DNA of 64,000 nucleotides from Leptonemataceae bacterium. GTDB lineage: Bacteria > Spirochaetota > Leptospiria > Leptospirales > Leptonemataceae. The DNA is taken from contig OZ245742.1 of NCBI GenBank assembly GCA_965227295.1, forward strand, positions 5,536,001-5,600,000, given 5' to 3'. The position numbers were made by a program, and so were the translations under genes. Positions 27,276 to 39,500 of the stretch are shown piece after piece; the stretch's first letter is position 1, and each line of letters starts with the position of its first letter. The notes beneath the pieces are model-generated. The model did not search any database, had not been told where the DNA came from, and saw only the letters and a program-made list of their open reading frames with translations.

Positions 27276-28070
27276 TTAGCCGGCTGCGAAGATGCTCCGC
27301 CAGGTCGCCGGAATATCGGCGCTGCGCATGAGGGCCGTGCCGATCAGCACGGCGTCGGCGTGGGGATCGACCCGGGCCAGGCCCTCGGGATTTTCCACAC
27401 CGGACTCGCCGATCAGCACGACGTCCGGCAGGGCGGAGCGGATGTCCGGGGCGACACGCTCCGTGAGGCTCAGGTCCATGCGCAGGGTGTCCAGGTCGCG
27501 GTGGTTGATGCCGATGATGCCGGCCCCGCTGTCCATGGCCGTGCGGGCCTCATCTTCCGTATGCACCTCCACGAGCGCGCTCAGGCCGTACTCCCGGGCC
27601 GCCTGCAGGAGTTCCGACAGTTGCGTTTTTCCCAGAATGCGCACGATCAGCAGCACGGCGTCGGCGCCGGCGCGCGCGGCCTCCGCAATTTGCAGGGGGG
27701 AAATCGTGAAGTCCTTCCGTAATATGGGCAGGCCGCCCGCCCGCGCCGCGGCAATGTGGCTGAGATCGCCCTGGAAAAACGTGCGGTCCGTGAGTACGGA
27801 AAGCGCGGCGGCCCCGCATTCCGCGTACGTGCGAGCGATGGACCCGGGATCGTACTCCTCGCGGATGAGCCCCATGGACGGGCTCGCTTTTTTGCATTCG
27901 GCAATGACGCGCAGGGGAGCGCCGGGGGGACGGCGCAGGGCGTCGGTGAATCGGAACGAAACGGGATGGGCTGGAGCGGCAGGACCGTGGGATCCGGAAG
28001 CCGCCAGCGCGGCGACTTCCCGCTCCTTCTCAGCGACAATGCGCTCGAGCAGCCCGGGCTCCGAACTCAT
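27276..28070 (-). CDS. trpC: Indole-3-glycerol phosphate synthase
   Basis: IAECKKASPS.G, LSVLTD..FFQG, LRKDF, GADAVLLI, LVEVH, ESG. Confidence 0.95.
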   Translation of the reverse strand: MSSEPGLLERIVAEKEREVAALAASGSHGPAAPAHPVSFRFTDALRRPPGAPLRVIAECKKASPSMGLIREEYDPGSIARTYAECGAAALSVLTDRTFFQGDLSHIAAARAGGLPILRKDFTISPLQIAEAARAGADAVLLIVRILGKTQLSELLQAAREYGLSALVEVHTEDEARTAMDSGAGIIGINHRDLDTLRMDLSLTERVAPDIRSALPDVVLIGESGVENPEGLARVDPHADAVLIGTALMRSADIPATWRSIFAAG

Positions 28071-28074
28071 GGAC

Positions 28075-28401
28075 TCAGGCGCTGAGGGCTTCTTCTTCGG
28101 TATCGAAAATGTCGAAGAGGGAAGTGAGTTCGATGACGTCGAAGATGCGGCGGACCGACGGGCGGATGGCACACAGCTTCAGTGTTCCTTCCCGGGCGTT
28201 CAGTTTCCGCAGAGTGGCGATGCAGGCTCGAAAGCCCGAGGAACTCATGTACTCCACCTGATCCATGTTCAGAATGATGTGACGGTTCCCATCATCGATG
28301 AGCTTGCCCAGCTCCTCTTCCACTTCGTTGGCAACGGAGACGTCCAGCCGTCCTTCGAGATATACAATCAGCTTATCTCCGCTCTTTTTTGTATTTAACA
28401 A
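28075..28401 (-). CDS. STAS domain anti-sigma factor antagonist
   Basis: GRLD...VEYMSSSG STAS motif. Confidence 0.9.
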   Translation of the reverse strand: MLNTKKSGDKLIVYLEGRLDVSVANEVEEELGKLIDDGNRHIILNMDQVEYMSSSGFRACIATLRKLNAREGTLKLCAIRPSVRRIFDVIELTSLFDIFDTEEEALSA

Positions 28402-28602
28402 GATCCTGCTCCGTATCTATGCTGCGCCACGTCGGGCGTGAATCCCCGACTACAGGAATCGGCCTCGGACCAACCTGTCAATAAAATATGCCGGGCATTC
28501 CTCCGTTTCCGGCTAATTTCCGCGAAAATTAAGCCTGCAAACCGGGCGCTGAGCGTTACGCGATTGCGTTGACGCCCGGTGGGGCTCGATGTTCGAAGGG
28601 GG

Positions 28603-31449
28603 ATGCCCGCTGCCGCAGCCTCCCGCTCGTCTCAGAAAACCGACCTGCTCGTCATCGATGCCCACGCCATGGCCTATCGAGCCTACTACGCGCTCCAGGG
28701 TCAGAACCTCACGCATCCGGTCTCCGGCATGCCCACCAGCGCGATTTTCGGGTTCTTTCGCATGTTCTTCAAGATTCTGCTCGATTACGAACCGACGGCG
28801 ACGGCCGTCGTGTGGGACCCGCCCGGCGGTTCGTTTCGAAATCAGATGTACACGGAATATAAGGCGAATCGTAAGCCGACACCGGACGATCTCCGCCCGC
28901 AAATCGATGAAATCAAAGAGCTTCTAATTAAGTGCGGATTCCCGACGCTTATGGTCAAGGGCTTTGAAGCGGACGATCTCATCGGCGCTCTGGCCGCGCG
29001 CTTCGGAAAAAAGAGACGGGTGCTCCTGCTCTCCGGCGACAAAGACCTGTACCAACTCCTCTCCAAAAAAGTTACGATGTTACGCAGCACGAAGGGCGTC
29101 AGCGAATTTACGGAGATCGATCCGGCCTGGGTCAGCCAGGAACTGGGCATCGAGGTCAAACAGATCACGGACTACATGGGACTGGTCGGAGACTCCGTGG
29201 ACAACATTCCCGGCGCCCGGGGCGTCGGCCCGAAGACGGCAGTCAAACTCTTACAGGAGTACAAGACCCTCGGCGGCATCTACAAGAACCTGAGCAAGAT
29301 CGAAGGCAAGTCGGTGCGCACAAAACTCGAAGAGTGCAAGGACGACGTCATGCTTTCGAAGGACCTGGCGACGATCCGTACCGACGTCAAAGAAATCGCC
29401 GATCTCGACGAGGCCGCGCTCACGACGCCGAACTATCTTACGGATGAAATCATCCAGTTGTTCCAGGACGAGGGTTACAATGCCGTCTTCGCCGAACTGA
29501 AGCGGGCCCGGGACAACGGCCGCGGTCCGGCCGCCGATGCAAGCGGCGGCAAGTCTGCGAAAAAAAAGGCGAGCGGCAAAGGCAACAAGGCCGACGCCGC
29601 CGAAAGCACCACGGGAAAGTCGGAGCAAGGCAGCGAGTACATCCTCGTGGACGATGCAAAGAAACTGAAGAACTGCCTGGCCCAATTAAAGAAGGATCTC
29701 GGCAAAAAGAAGGTCCTCGCGGTGGACACTGAAACCACACACCAGGAACCCATGCGCGCCGAACTCGTGGGCGTATCGCTCTGCGCGAAACCCGGCCGGG
29801 CCTACTACATCGCCGTGCCGCCGGGGGACTCGCTGTTCGCGCAGCAGGGCGTCCCGAAAGACGAGGCCCTGGCCGCACTGAAGAAATTTCTCGAAGACAA
29901 ATCGCTTAAGATCGTCGGGCAGAACATTAAGTACGACATGATCGTGCTCGCAAAGAACGGCATTCAACTTCCGGCACCGTTCTTCGATACCATGATCGCC
30001 TCGTATTTGAGCAACCCGAACGTGCGGCGCCACAACATGGACGACATGGCCCTGGATATCCTGGGCCACGAGACGATCAAGTACGCGGACGTGGTGGGCT
30101 CGGGGAGAAACAAGAAGACCATGGACGAGATCCCGCCGGAGGAAGTCCGGGACTACGCCTGCGAGGACGCCGAGATCACGCTCCAGCTTCAGGAGGCGTT
30201 GCTCCCGCGATTGAAGCAACACAAGCTCACGAAGGTCTTCGAGGACGTGGAACTGCGACTGTTGCCGGTGCTGCTGGACATGGAGATGACCGGCGTCACC
30301 ATCGATACGAAGTACTTCAGTAAACTCAGCGGAGACTACGCCAAAAAGTTGAAGGCCCTCGAGAAGAAGATGTTCAAGGAAGTCGGCTACGACTTCAACA
30401 TCGCTTCGACCAAAGAACTCCAGAAGGTCCTGTTCGAAGATTTGAATCTGCCGAAGGGCAAGAAAACCAAGACCGGTTACTCCACGGATCAGTCGGTTCT
30501 GGAAGAACTCAAGGGCAAACACCCGTTCGTGGACATGCTGCTGGAACATCGCAAGTACGCGAAGCTGAAGTCGACCTACGTGGACACCCTGCCGGAACTG
30601 GTGAATCCGAAAACGGGGCGCATCCATACTTCGTTCAATCAGACCATCGCCGCCACCGGCCGCTTAAGTTCCAACGACCCGAACCTGCAGAACATTCCCA
30701 TCCGCGAGGACACCGGCCGGGCCATTCGTCGGGGTTTCGTAGCGTCGAAGGGCAACGTGCTCCTGAGCCTCGACTACTCGCAGATCGAACTGCGCATCAT
30801 GGCGCATTACTCGAACGACAAAGCGCTGATCGAAACGTTCGAGAAAGAACACCTGGACATCCACGCCCGCACGGCCGCCTCGCTCTTCGGCGTCGAAGAG
30901 AAAGACGTGGATCCGGATATGCGTTCAAAGGGCAAGGCCGTAAACTTTTCGATCATCTACGGCGTCACCGAGTTCGGCCTGTCCAGGAACCTCGGCATCT
31001 CCCGCGAAGAAGCACGCGGTTACATCGATCGCTTTTTTGCGAAGTATCCCGGTGTGCGCAAGTACATGGACGACACCATCGAGTTCGCCAAAGAGCACGG
31101 CTACGTGCAGACGCTATCCGGTCGCATCCGGCAGATTCCGGAGATCGCCACGTCCAATCGCTTTCGCCGCGAGGGCGCCGAGCGCACGGCCATCAACACG
31201 CCGATCCAGGGGACGAGCGCGGACATCATCAAGATGGCGATGATCGCGATTCACGCGGACCTGGAGAAAAAGAAGCTTCAGTCGAAGATGATTCTACAGG
31301 TGCATGACGAACTCCTGTTCGACGTGGTGCCGAAAGAAAAAGACGAGGTGCGTAAGATCGCGCAGAGTCGTATGGAAAGCGCCATGAAACTAAAAGTGCC
31401 GCTGGACGTGGAGCATCGGTTCGGGCAAAACTGGGATGAGGCTCATTAG
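28603..31449 (+). CDS. polA: DNA polymerase I
   Basis: 5'-3' exo (YKANR, EADD), 3'-5' exo (DTET, NIKYD, YACED), polymerase (TGRLSS.DPNLQNIP, DYSQIELR, QVHDEL). Confidence 0.98.
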   Translation: MPAAAASRSSQKTDLLVIDAHAMAYRAYYALQGQNLTHPVSGMPTSAIFGFFRMFFKILLDYEPTATAVVWDPPGGSFRNQMYTEYKANRKPTPDDLRPQIDEIKELLIKCGFPTLMVKGFEADDLIGALAARFGKKRRVLLLSGDKDLYQLLSKKVTMLRSTKGVSEFTEIDPAWVSQELGIEVKQITDYMGLVGDSVDNIPGARGVGPKTAVKLLQEYKTLGGIYKNLSKIEGKSVRTKLEECKDDVMLSKDLATIRTDVKEIADLDEAALTTPNYLTDEIIQLFQDEGYNAVFAELKRARDNGRGPAADASGGKSAKKKASGKGNKADAAESTTGKSEQGSEYILVDDAKKLKNCLAQLKKDLGKKKVLAVDTETTHQEPMRAELVGVSLCAKPGRAYYIAVPPGDSLFAQQGVPKDEALAALKKFLEDKSLKIVGQNIKYDMIVLAKNGIQLPAPFFDTMIASYLSNPNVRRHNMDDMALDILGHETIKYADVVGSGRNKKTMDEIPPEEVRDYACEDAEITLQLQEALLPRLKQHKLTKVFEDVELRLLPVLLDMEMTGVTIDTKYFSKLSGDYAKKLKALEKKMFKEVGYDFNIASTKELQKVLFEDLNLPKGKKTKTGYSTDQSVLEELKGKHPFVDMLLEHRKYAKLKSTYVDTLPELVNPKTGRIHTSFNQTIAATGRLSSNDPNLQNIPIREDTGRAIRRGFVASKGNVLLSLDYSQIELRIMAHYSNDKALIETFEKEHLDIHARTAASLFGVEEKDVDPDMRSKGKAVNFSIIYGVTEFGLSRNLGISREEARGYIDRFFAKYPGVRKYMDDTIEFAKEHGYVQTLSGRIRQIPEIATSNRFRREGAERTAINTPIQGTSADIIKMAMIAIHADLEKKKLQSKMILQVHDELLFDVVPKEKDEVRKIAQSRMESAMKLKVPLDVEHRFGQNWDEAH

Positions 31450-31590
31450 GGCGCCGTACCACAGGTCGGCCGGGTTTTGGGTTGCGGGGGTGCTTCGCCG
31501 TCCATGGCTACGCAACAACCTCCCCATGGACCAGTTCCCGAAGTCGTCGGGCATCGCGCTTGTGTGTTGAAATAATCTAAAGGGATCTCA

Positions 31591-32301
31591 ATGAAATCTA
31601 AAATACTTATCGTGTCGTTAATTCTCCCCGTCTCGCTGCTCCTGGCCGATCAGAGTCAGACGCACGCGTTCGCAAAGAAGCCGCCACGGATTGCCTGCGG
31701 GGATTCGCCGGCGCAATTGCTTAAGAAACGCGCACCGTATGTTAAGATCGCCGATACATACATCTTCGCCGGCTACCGCCAGGTCTCCGCGAAGAACCAG
31801 GACCCGGTGATCCTGCGCTTCGACGGCGGCAAACGGACCTGGTGCCGCAAAGACTACGAAACCAACAACGACGACGGCCGGGCCTACGCCCTCTTCTACG
31901 ACGGCACCCGACTCTATGCGGCCTTCAGCGCGACGGGCACCCAGGGCAAGGCCTCCCGGGATTTCCGGCGCTTTACGCAACAGGGCTGGATGAAGAGTTA
32001 CGGTCGCGGCGGCGGCGCAAAGTCGGCCGTGATCCTGAAGCTGAATCCCGACACCGGCGAAGGCATTTCCGGTACTTTCGTGAATGCTGTGCTGAAGAAC
32101 GGCAAAAGCAACTCGCTCGTTGTAAATCACATGAACCTGAGCGACGGCGCGCTCGTCGTACAGGCCGACTCCTGGTACTCGCCGCGACGGCCCGACCGCC
32201 AGGCCCTGTCGTGTTCCGGGAAATCGCCCTTCGCGGTTCGTCTGCAATTCGAACAGGATCTCTCGGCGTTACGCTCGGTCGAGGCCGACGGCTGCAACTG
32301 A
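31591..32301 (+). CDS. Secreted hypothetical protein
   Basis: Signal peptide; beta-rich sequence; GC-rich codon usage. Confidence 0.75.
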   Translation: MKSKILIVSLILPVSLLLADQSQTHAFAKKPPRIACGDSPAQLLKKRAPYVKIADTYIFAGYRQVSAKNQDPVILRFDGGKRTWCRKDYETNNDDGRAYALFYDGTRLYAAFSATGTQGKASRDFRRFTQQGWMKSYGRGGGAKSAVILKLNPDTGEGISGTFVNAVLKNGKSNSLVVNHMNLSDGALVVQADSWYSPRRPDRQALSCSGKSPFAVRLQFEQDLSALRSVEADGCN

Positions 32302-32337
32302 CATCAACAATACCGAAGCACTACAGGAAGGCACCCC

Positions 32338-33435
32338 ATGAAACGTTTTATCTTCGCGCTGATCTTACTCGCCCCCGGCGCGCTCTTCGCCCAGGAGGCG
32401 TCCGCTTTTCAGCTCGGCGCCGACTCTCTGCAACTCCGCGCCGGTGGTTCGGCCGATCTGAAACTCGACGTCCGACTCCCGCAGGACAATCACATCTATG
32501 TCAAACACGCGGGGCCGAGCCTCAACATCGTGACCGAGTTCTCCACCGACAGTCCGGGCTGGATCGTTGCCGTGGAGAAAGCGCCGCGAGGTCTGCGCCA
32601 CGAAAACGATATGATCCTCAAAGGTCGCGGCGAATCAAAAAGCGCCGGCAGCTATACGCTGGGCATTTACGAAACCAAAGGCCGCGAACCTTCTTCTAAG
32701 AAACACTCCGTGAACATTAAGATTTCCACGCAAATGTGCGACAGCAAAACGAACCGCTGCTTTCGTCCGAAAACCATCGAAAAGACCGTGAGTGTACTGG
32801 TGAACGCGCAGAAAGCGGAAAGCGCCGCAGCCCCGGTAAAAACTCGCGGCGGCATCCAGTGGGTAACGAAGTACGACGACGCCCTGAGCCGGGCGAAGCA
32901 GAACGGCCGCAACATCTTCGTGGTCATTACCGCGCCGTCCTGGTGCGGTTACTGCAAGGTTCTCGAGCGCAACGTGTTTTCGAAGGCCTCCGTCGCCCGC
33001 ACGTTGAACTCGAAGTTCGTGCCCCTGCGTATTCTGGATTCGAATCCGGATCGCAGTCGTTTCGATTTCAGCGGCTATCCTACCATGTTCGTCGCCGCGT
33101 CCGGCGGAAAAATTCTCAGTGAGATTTACGGACGCAACGAAAGCGCGTTTCTCAACTCCGTGAAGAAATTCGAAAACGACGGCGACGAGGACTCCGGGGC
33201 CGCCGAAAGTTTTGCTTACACCGTGCGCCTTTCGGGCAAGTTCGAACGCGAAGGCGACGAGTGGATTCGTCGTGAGGGCGATACGGTGCGGCGTTACACC
33301 GAAACCCGCCGCGACGCTAACTTCATCGTACTGAAAGATAAAGAATCCGGTGAGTTCATTGCGCTGCCGCTGAAAAAGGGCAAGGGTTTCGTCTACCGCG
33401 ACGGACAGTGGATCGAAGCCTTCACCGTGGATTGA
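32338..33435 (+). CDS. Secreted DsbD-N-like + thioredoxin-fold protein
   Basis: Signal peptide; HIY...QMCDSKTNRCFRP; WCGYC and cis-Pro GYPT. Confidence 0.75.
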   Translation: MKRFIFALILLAPGALFAQEASAFQLGADSLQLRAGGSADLKLDVRLPQDNHIYVKHAGPSLNIVTEFSTDSPGWIVAVEKAPRGLRHENDMILKGRGESKSAGSYTLGIYETKGREPSSKKHSVNIKISTQMCDSKTNRCFRPKTIEKTVSVLVNAQKAESAAAPVKTRGGIQWVTKYDDALSRAKQNGRNIFVVITAPSWCGYCKVLERNVFSKASVARTLNSKFVPLRILDSNPDRSRFDFSGYPTMFVAASGGKILSEIYGRNESAFLNSVKKFENDGDEDSGAAESFAYTVRLSGKFEREGDEWIRREGDTVRRYTETRRDANFIVLKDKESGEFIALPLKKGKGFVYRDGQWIEAFTVD

Positions 33436-33478
33436 GTCGCAGCCCCCAAAGCCGCCGGAGTTCATACGGCACTGCACT

Positions 33479-33510
33479 AAAACCCTCTCCAATGGAGAGG
33501 GTTTTTTGTT
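33479..33510 (+). terminator. Rho-independent terminator
   Basis: aaaaccctctcc-aat-ggagagggtttt followed by T-rich tract. Confidence 0.85.
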
Positions 33511-33591
33511 TTCCCACTGCTCGTAATTCCAATCATTTAGACTCCTCGCAGCGATTCTGTGCCAGGGTCCCGCTCACACAGGGACAGAATC

Positions 33592-36500
33592 ATGCAGAAC
33601 AAGAGATTTCACAACCTACAAACCTTCACTAAAAGCAAGCTTGCGGTCCTCGTCGCCGCGCTCCTCGCGTTTTTCGCCGCGACGCCGGCGCTCCAGAGCA
33701 GCGGCGGCGGGAACGCCGGGGGAATGCTGGAAGGTCAGTTCGACCCCGGCCCCGCCGGCGGAGCGGGATTTCAGATCCCCGTCTACATGCCGCCCGGCGT
33801 GCGGGACTTTCAACCGCGGCTGAAGCTGCAATACTCCAGCATCAACCAGGATCGCGGCATGCTCGGCGTGGGCTGGGACCTGAGCGGGCTGTCGCAGATC
33901 GAACGCTGCGGCAAACGCCGCCACCTCGACGGACACAACGCTCCGGTACGCTACAACAAAGGCGACCGTCTCTGCCTGGACGGCAGCCGTCTGGTCGGCC
34001 GAAACGGCAACGACAACAACGCCTACTGGAACGGCCCGTTCAGCAAAGAAGTCGAGGACTGGAACGAGATTCGCCTGCACGGCAATTGTGGCAACGGCCC
34101 CTGTCGTTTCACGGTGCACGAGACCAACGGTTCGATGCGCACGTACGGCGGCGCGGGCCATGCTCGCATTTACGCGCGCAACAACACGGCCGTGCGGGTC
34201 TGGCTGCTGAGCGAGATGCGCGACCCGAACGGCAATCGCATTGAATTCAAGTACCGCAGCGGCTTCGGCGCCGGCACCGCGTACATCGATCGCATCGAGT
34301 ACGAGGGTCGTGGCGCGCGCTTCTTCTACGATCGCATCGACGACGCCCGAAACATCAACTACAGCTATGACGGCACCGGTCGTACCGCGCAGCGCAATCG
34401 CCTGAAGCGCATTGAGGTCTTCACCGCCGCCGGCGTCTTTCAAAGCTATCGTTTCTCGTACGAAAGAAGTCAGCTCACGAAGCGCAGCCGGCTGCGCCGC
34501 ATTGATCGCTGTGATTCCAACAACCGCTGCCTCGATCCCATGGAGATGTCGTACAACGACGCATCGATGAACGGCGAGTTCCGCATCGTCAGTCCGGGCG
34601 GTCACGTTTACCAGGACTGGCTGCGCTACGATCCCGGTGTAAACATCATTACCGGCGACTTCAACGGCGACGGCAAACAGGACTTCATCCGCCAGGAGAA
34701 AGGCGACCGGGGCAAGGACCGCAACAATACGTTCAACGTCTACCTGTCCCGGGGCGACGGAAAATTCAACATCGTCACGCCGGGCGTAAACGGCCGTCAG
34801 GACGATCCGTTCCAACACCATCTGCGCTTCGATCCGGGTGCGAACATCATTACCGGCGACTACAACGGCGACGGCAAAACCGACTTCATCCGCCAGGAAA
34901 AGAATGACTGGGACAACAACGACAAGTGGACCTTCCGTGTATACTTTTCCCGCGGCAACGGACACTTCAACGTCGTCACGCCGAATGGCCACGCCTACCA
35001 ACACAACCTGCGCGCGGACGACGGCGCCATCATCATCCCCGGCGACTACAACGGCGACGGCAAGACGGACTTCATCCGCCAGGAACGCGGGGGCTGGGAC
35101 GACGACACCACGGGCACCTTCGAGGTCTACTTCTCCCGCGGCAACGGCTACTTTAACATTGTCCGCCCCAACGGCCACGTTTACCAGGACTGGCTGCGCT
35201 ACGACCCGGGCGCAAACATTATCCCGGGCGACTTTAACGGCGACGGCCGCACGGACTTCCTGCGCCAGGAACGCGGCGACCGGGACAACGACGCGAACAA
35301 CACCTTCAATGTATACCTGTCTCGCGGCAACGGTTACTTCGACATCGTCACTCCCGGCGGCAGCGCCTTCCAGTCCAACCTCCGTTCGGACAACGGCGTA
35401 AACATCATCCCGGGTGACTTTAACGGCGACGGCAAGACCGACTTCATCCGCCAGGAAAAAAAGGACTGGGACCACGATACGAACAATACGTTCAACGTCT
35501 ACTTCTCCCGGGGCAACGGCCACTTCGACGTCACGACTCCCTCCGGCGGCGTATACCAGGACTGGCTGCGCGCGGACCCGGGCGCCAACATCATTCCGCT
35601 GGACTACAACGGCGACGGCAAGACCGACTTCATTCGCCAGGAAAAAGGCGGCCGGGACGACGACACGAACAACAGCTTCAACGTCTACGTCTCCCGCGGT
35701 GACGGCACCTTCGACATCCGGACGCCCGACGGCTACCTCTATCAGAGCTACCTGCGCGCCGATCCCGGAGCCCGGCTGATTCCCGGCGACTTCGACGGCG
35801 ACGGCCGGGACGACTTCATCCGCCAGGAGAAAGGCGGCTGGGACGACGATACGCATCTGTCTTTCGGCATCTACTTCGCCGGCGCACACCGGGCCCAGGC
35901 GGCGGATACTCTAAAACGCATCGTCCACGGTCCGGTGGATCATCGTTTCACGTATCGCCGCCTGACCGAGTACAACGCCAACGGCGGCATCAACTTACCG
36001 GGCGGCCATCGCGGTTTCCTCGCGCCGTTCACCGTGCTTAAGTCTTACCAGAGAATTGTTAAGACCCAGGCGGGCAAACAAACCATCAATCGTCATTACA
36101 CGTATAAGGGCGCGGCGCTGCATCCCGGCGGCCGGGGTTTCGTGGGCTTTCGCCAGATGCATGTCCGCGGGCCGGAGGAAAACTTTCGCACGGAAAACAT
36201 CTTGCGGGTGGACTTCCCCTTCACCGGCCAGACCGAACGCAAGACCACGTTCAACGCCAACCGCTCACGCGTGCTCAACGTCGAGAAATTCCAGTACAAC
36301 AAGGCGAACGGCCTCGCCCCGCAAAGCCGTATCGCCCAACTCACGCGCAAAACTTCCGAGGCGCGCGAAAGCTCCGGCAGTCGCACGGCCGTGCAGAACA
36401 TCCAATACGACGCCGGCAATCCGGCGCTGGTCAAACAAACCGTCGGTTCGAGCTCCATGGCCACGTGCACGGAGTACTCCGGCGGACAGATCGCGGCCAT

Positions 36501-39500
36501 CATTCGCGCCGACAGTTGCGAGTACTCCGGCGGCAGTTGCAGTTGCTCCGGTGTGCTTACGGAGGAACGTTTCGAGCGCGATACGTCCGGCAACGTAAAG
36601 GAGCGCCGCAACTTCGATAGCTCTCGCAACGCCTGGCTGGTGGAGCGCTACGATTACGACTCCCGCGGCAATCGCATTCGCACGTATCTGCCCACGGGGG
36701 CCGTGCAAACGGTGCGTTTCGATTCCACGTACCGTACGTATCCGGTGGAGATCACCACGAACGCGAACGGTCAGAGTTACACGGAGACCCTGGAGCACGA
36801 TCCGCGGAACGGTCGCCCGCTGCGCGAAACCGATCCCAACGGCATCACCGCCCGCAACGCCTACGACGACTTCGGCCGACTGACCGAGGCCTACCATACC
36901 TCGCCGTCCGGCGACGAAGAACTCGTCGGCGCGCACCAGTACACCCGCCAGGGCAATCTCTACGTGCGCACCACGCACCTGCTCCATACCTGGGATAGCG
37001 ATCATCGCACGGTGAACGTCCTGGCCGTGGACGGCCTGGGTCGCGAGATTCGCCGGGAAGAGGGATCGTCCGCACAACGGGTCATCGTGCAGACGGAGTA
37101 CGATGTACGCGGCAGCATCAAACGTCGCTCCGAGGGCCATCTCTCCGGCGAGAGTCCGCAGTGGACGCAGTACACACGTGACGTGCGCGGTCGTCCGGTA
37201 CGCGTCACTCAACCGGGCGGCGCCGTCACCAACGTAAGTTACGCCTACGGCGGCGGCGATTGCGCCGCGGACCAACTGCGCGTCACCGCGGTAACCTCCG
37301 TGAATCGCGGCGCGGGTCGCCACGTTACGCGCTGCCGCAACGCTTCGAACGAAACGGAACGCCTGGTCCTGCGCGATCCGGTGAGCGGGGCGAGCACGAC
37401 CCACGAGTACGACTTCGACGCCCTCGGTCGCATGACCGCCGCGCGGGACGGTCAATCGGCCACGAACATCAGCGTCGATTCCCTCGGCCGGCGCGTGCGC
37501 ATTGAAAGCACGGAGCGCGGCAGCATCGAATACATCTACGACGACCGGGGCCAGCTCGCCCTGGAACGCCGCAACGGTGAGGACACCTACTTCACGTACG
37601 ACGCGCTCAATCGCGTTACGGAGATCGTTTATCCGGACGGCAGTCGCGCGGTCTATGAGTATGATGATACGACCTTCGCGAATACCATCGGCCGCATCAG
37701 CACGGCCGCGATGGTTTCCGGCGCGGGCAAAGAAATCGCCCGACGGGAGTACTCCTACGGCGTGAGCGGTCGCGCGGAAGTGATCATCTCGCACTTCCCC
37801 GATCTCGCCGAACCGCAGGTCATCGAGTACCGCACCAACGTCATGGGCGACACCACCTCGGTGCATTACCCGAGCGGACGGATCGCGTGTTACGAGTACA
37901 ATGATCGCGGACTGCTCGCGCGCATCGACGTCGCCTCCGGCACCTGCGCGGATCCGAACGCGGAGACCTTCGTCCGTTACAAACAGTACACGGCCAACAA
38001 TCAACCCGGGCTTGTGGAGTACGGCAACGGCGTCGTCACGGGCTTCGAGTACGACGGCAACCACCGCGTGCGCGGCATCCACACCACGGACGCCGAAGAC
38101 GTTACGATCCTGGAACACGATTACACCTGGACCTCGCTGAACGAGGTGGAGTCCATCACCGACGACCTGGGCGATGACGACGCGCAGTACACCTACAACG
38201 GCCTGGGCTATCTCACCCGCGCCGTCGGCCCGTACGGCGACCTGAGCTACGAGTACAACGCCGACGGCAACCTCATTCGCAAAGATGGACTGAATGTAAG
38301 TTACGAGGGCAGTCGCCCGGAGGCCGCCGGCGACGGCCGCACCCTGGAGTACGACGCCCACGGCAACATCACGCACCGCGTCAAGAACGGCGAAACCTTT
38401 GCCTATGAGTACAACGGCCGCCGGAAGATTCAGCGCGTGTTGCGCAACGGTAAGATCGCCGGCCTCTACGAGTACGACGCGGCCGGCGACCGCGTTACGA
38501 AGATAGACGGCAGCGGCAACAAGACGATCTACGTCAGCCCCGAGTACGAGATCACCGACTTTGCGGGCGACCGCAATCTGCGGACCGAGTACATCAGCAC
38601 GCCGACGGGCCGCGTGGCGGCCATCTCCAACGAAGAAGGCATTCGCTACGCGATGCACAAGTCCGTGCAGCACGGCCTCCAGGCCCGGGCCTATAACACC
38701 GGTTCGGTGACGGGTCTGGCCGGCTTCCTGAATCACACCATCATGTCGTACGCCTACGACCCCGTTACGATCCGGCACGGCATCATCGCCTTCTGGGCCC
38801 TGGCCGGAGCCGCGGCCCTGGCCATGTTCGTGTGGATGCTCCGGCGTCCGGCCCGCTCGGCCTACCGTCGCCGGCGGATGCGTCTCGCCTACCCGGCTCC
38901 CTTCGTCGCGGTGACGATGCTCGCCATGAGCATTTCCTGCGGCGGCGGAGATTCCGGTATGCTGGTTCCGCCGGGCGGACTGAATCCGGGCTTCCTCTTT
39001 CAGAACGAGTCCTCCTCCGGGGAGAACAGTCCCGAGGCCTACGGTTACGCCGAGGAAGGGACCTACTACTTCCAGTACAACCAGGTGGGTTCCACGATCC
39101 TGGTAACGGACGAGGCCGGCACGCCGGTCGGCCGCACGGTGTACAAACCCTACGGCGAACTCTACGAGGATGCGAGCGACGGACGCGGTTACTTCCGGAG
39201 CAAGTTCAACGATCGTGAATGGGATCGCGACGCGGAGATGTACTACTTCAACGCGCGCTACTACGATCCGGCGACCGGTCGTTTCCTGCGCGCCGACGAT
39301 TTTCTCTTCGGCACGAGCTCGGACAACGCCGCGCAGATGAACCGCTACGCGTTCTCCGCGAACAACCCGATCACCTACTCGGACCCGGGCGGTAACTTCG
39401 CCTTCATTCCGATCCTCATCGCCATCGGCATCGGGGCGGCGGCCGGGGCCGCGGCCGGGGCGATCGCCTACGGCATCTCGGTGGCGATGAACGGCGGCAC

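Noticed and set aside
31450..31560. Small palindromes after polA as a REP element
   Set aside because: Short, single occurrence in the window, insufficient support.
34582..35880. Repeats as a CRISPR or non-coding array
   Set aside because: In-frame 186-nt protein repeats with synonymous variation.
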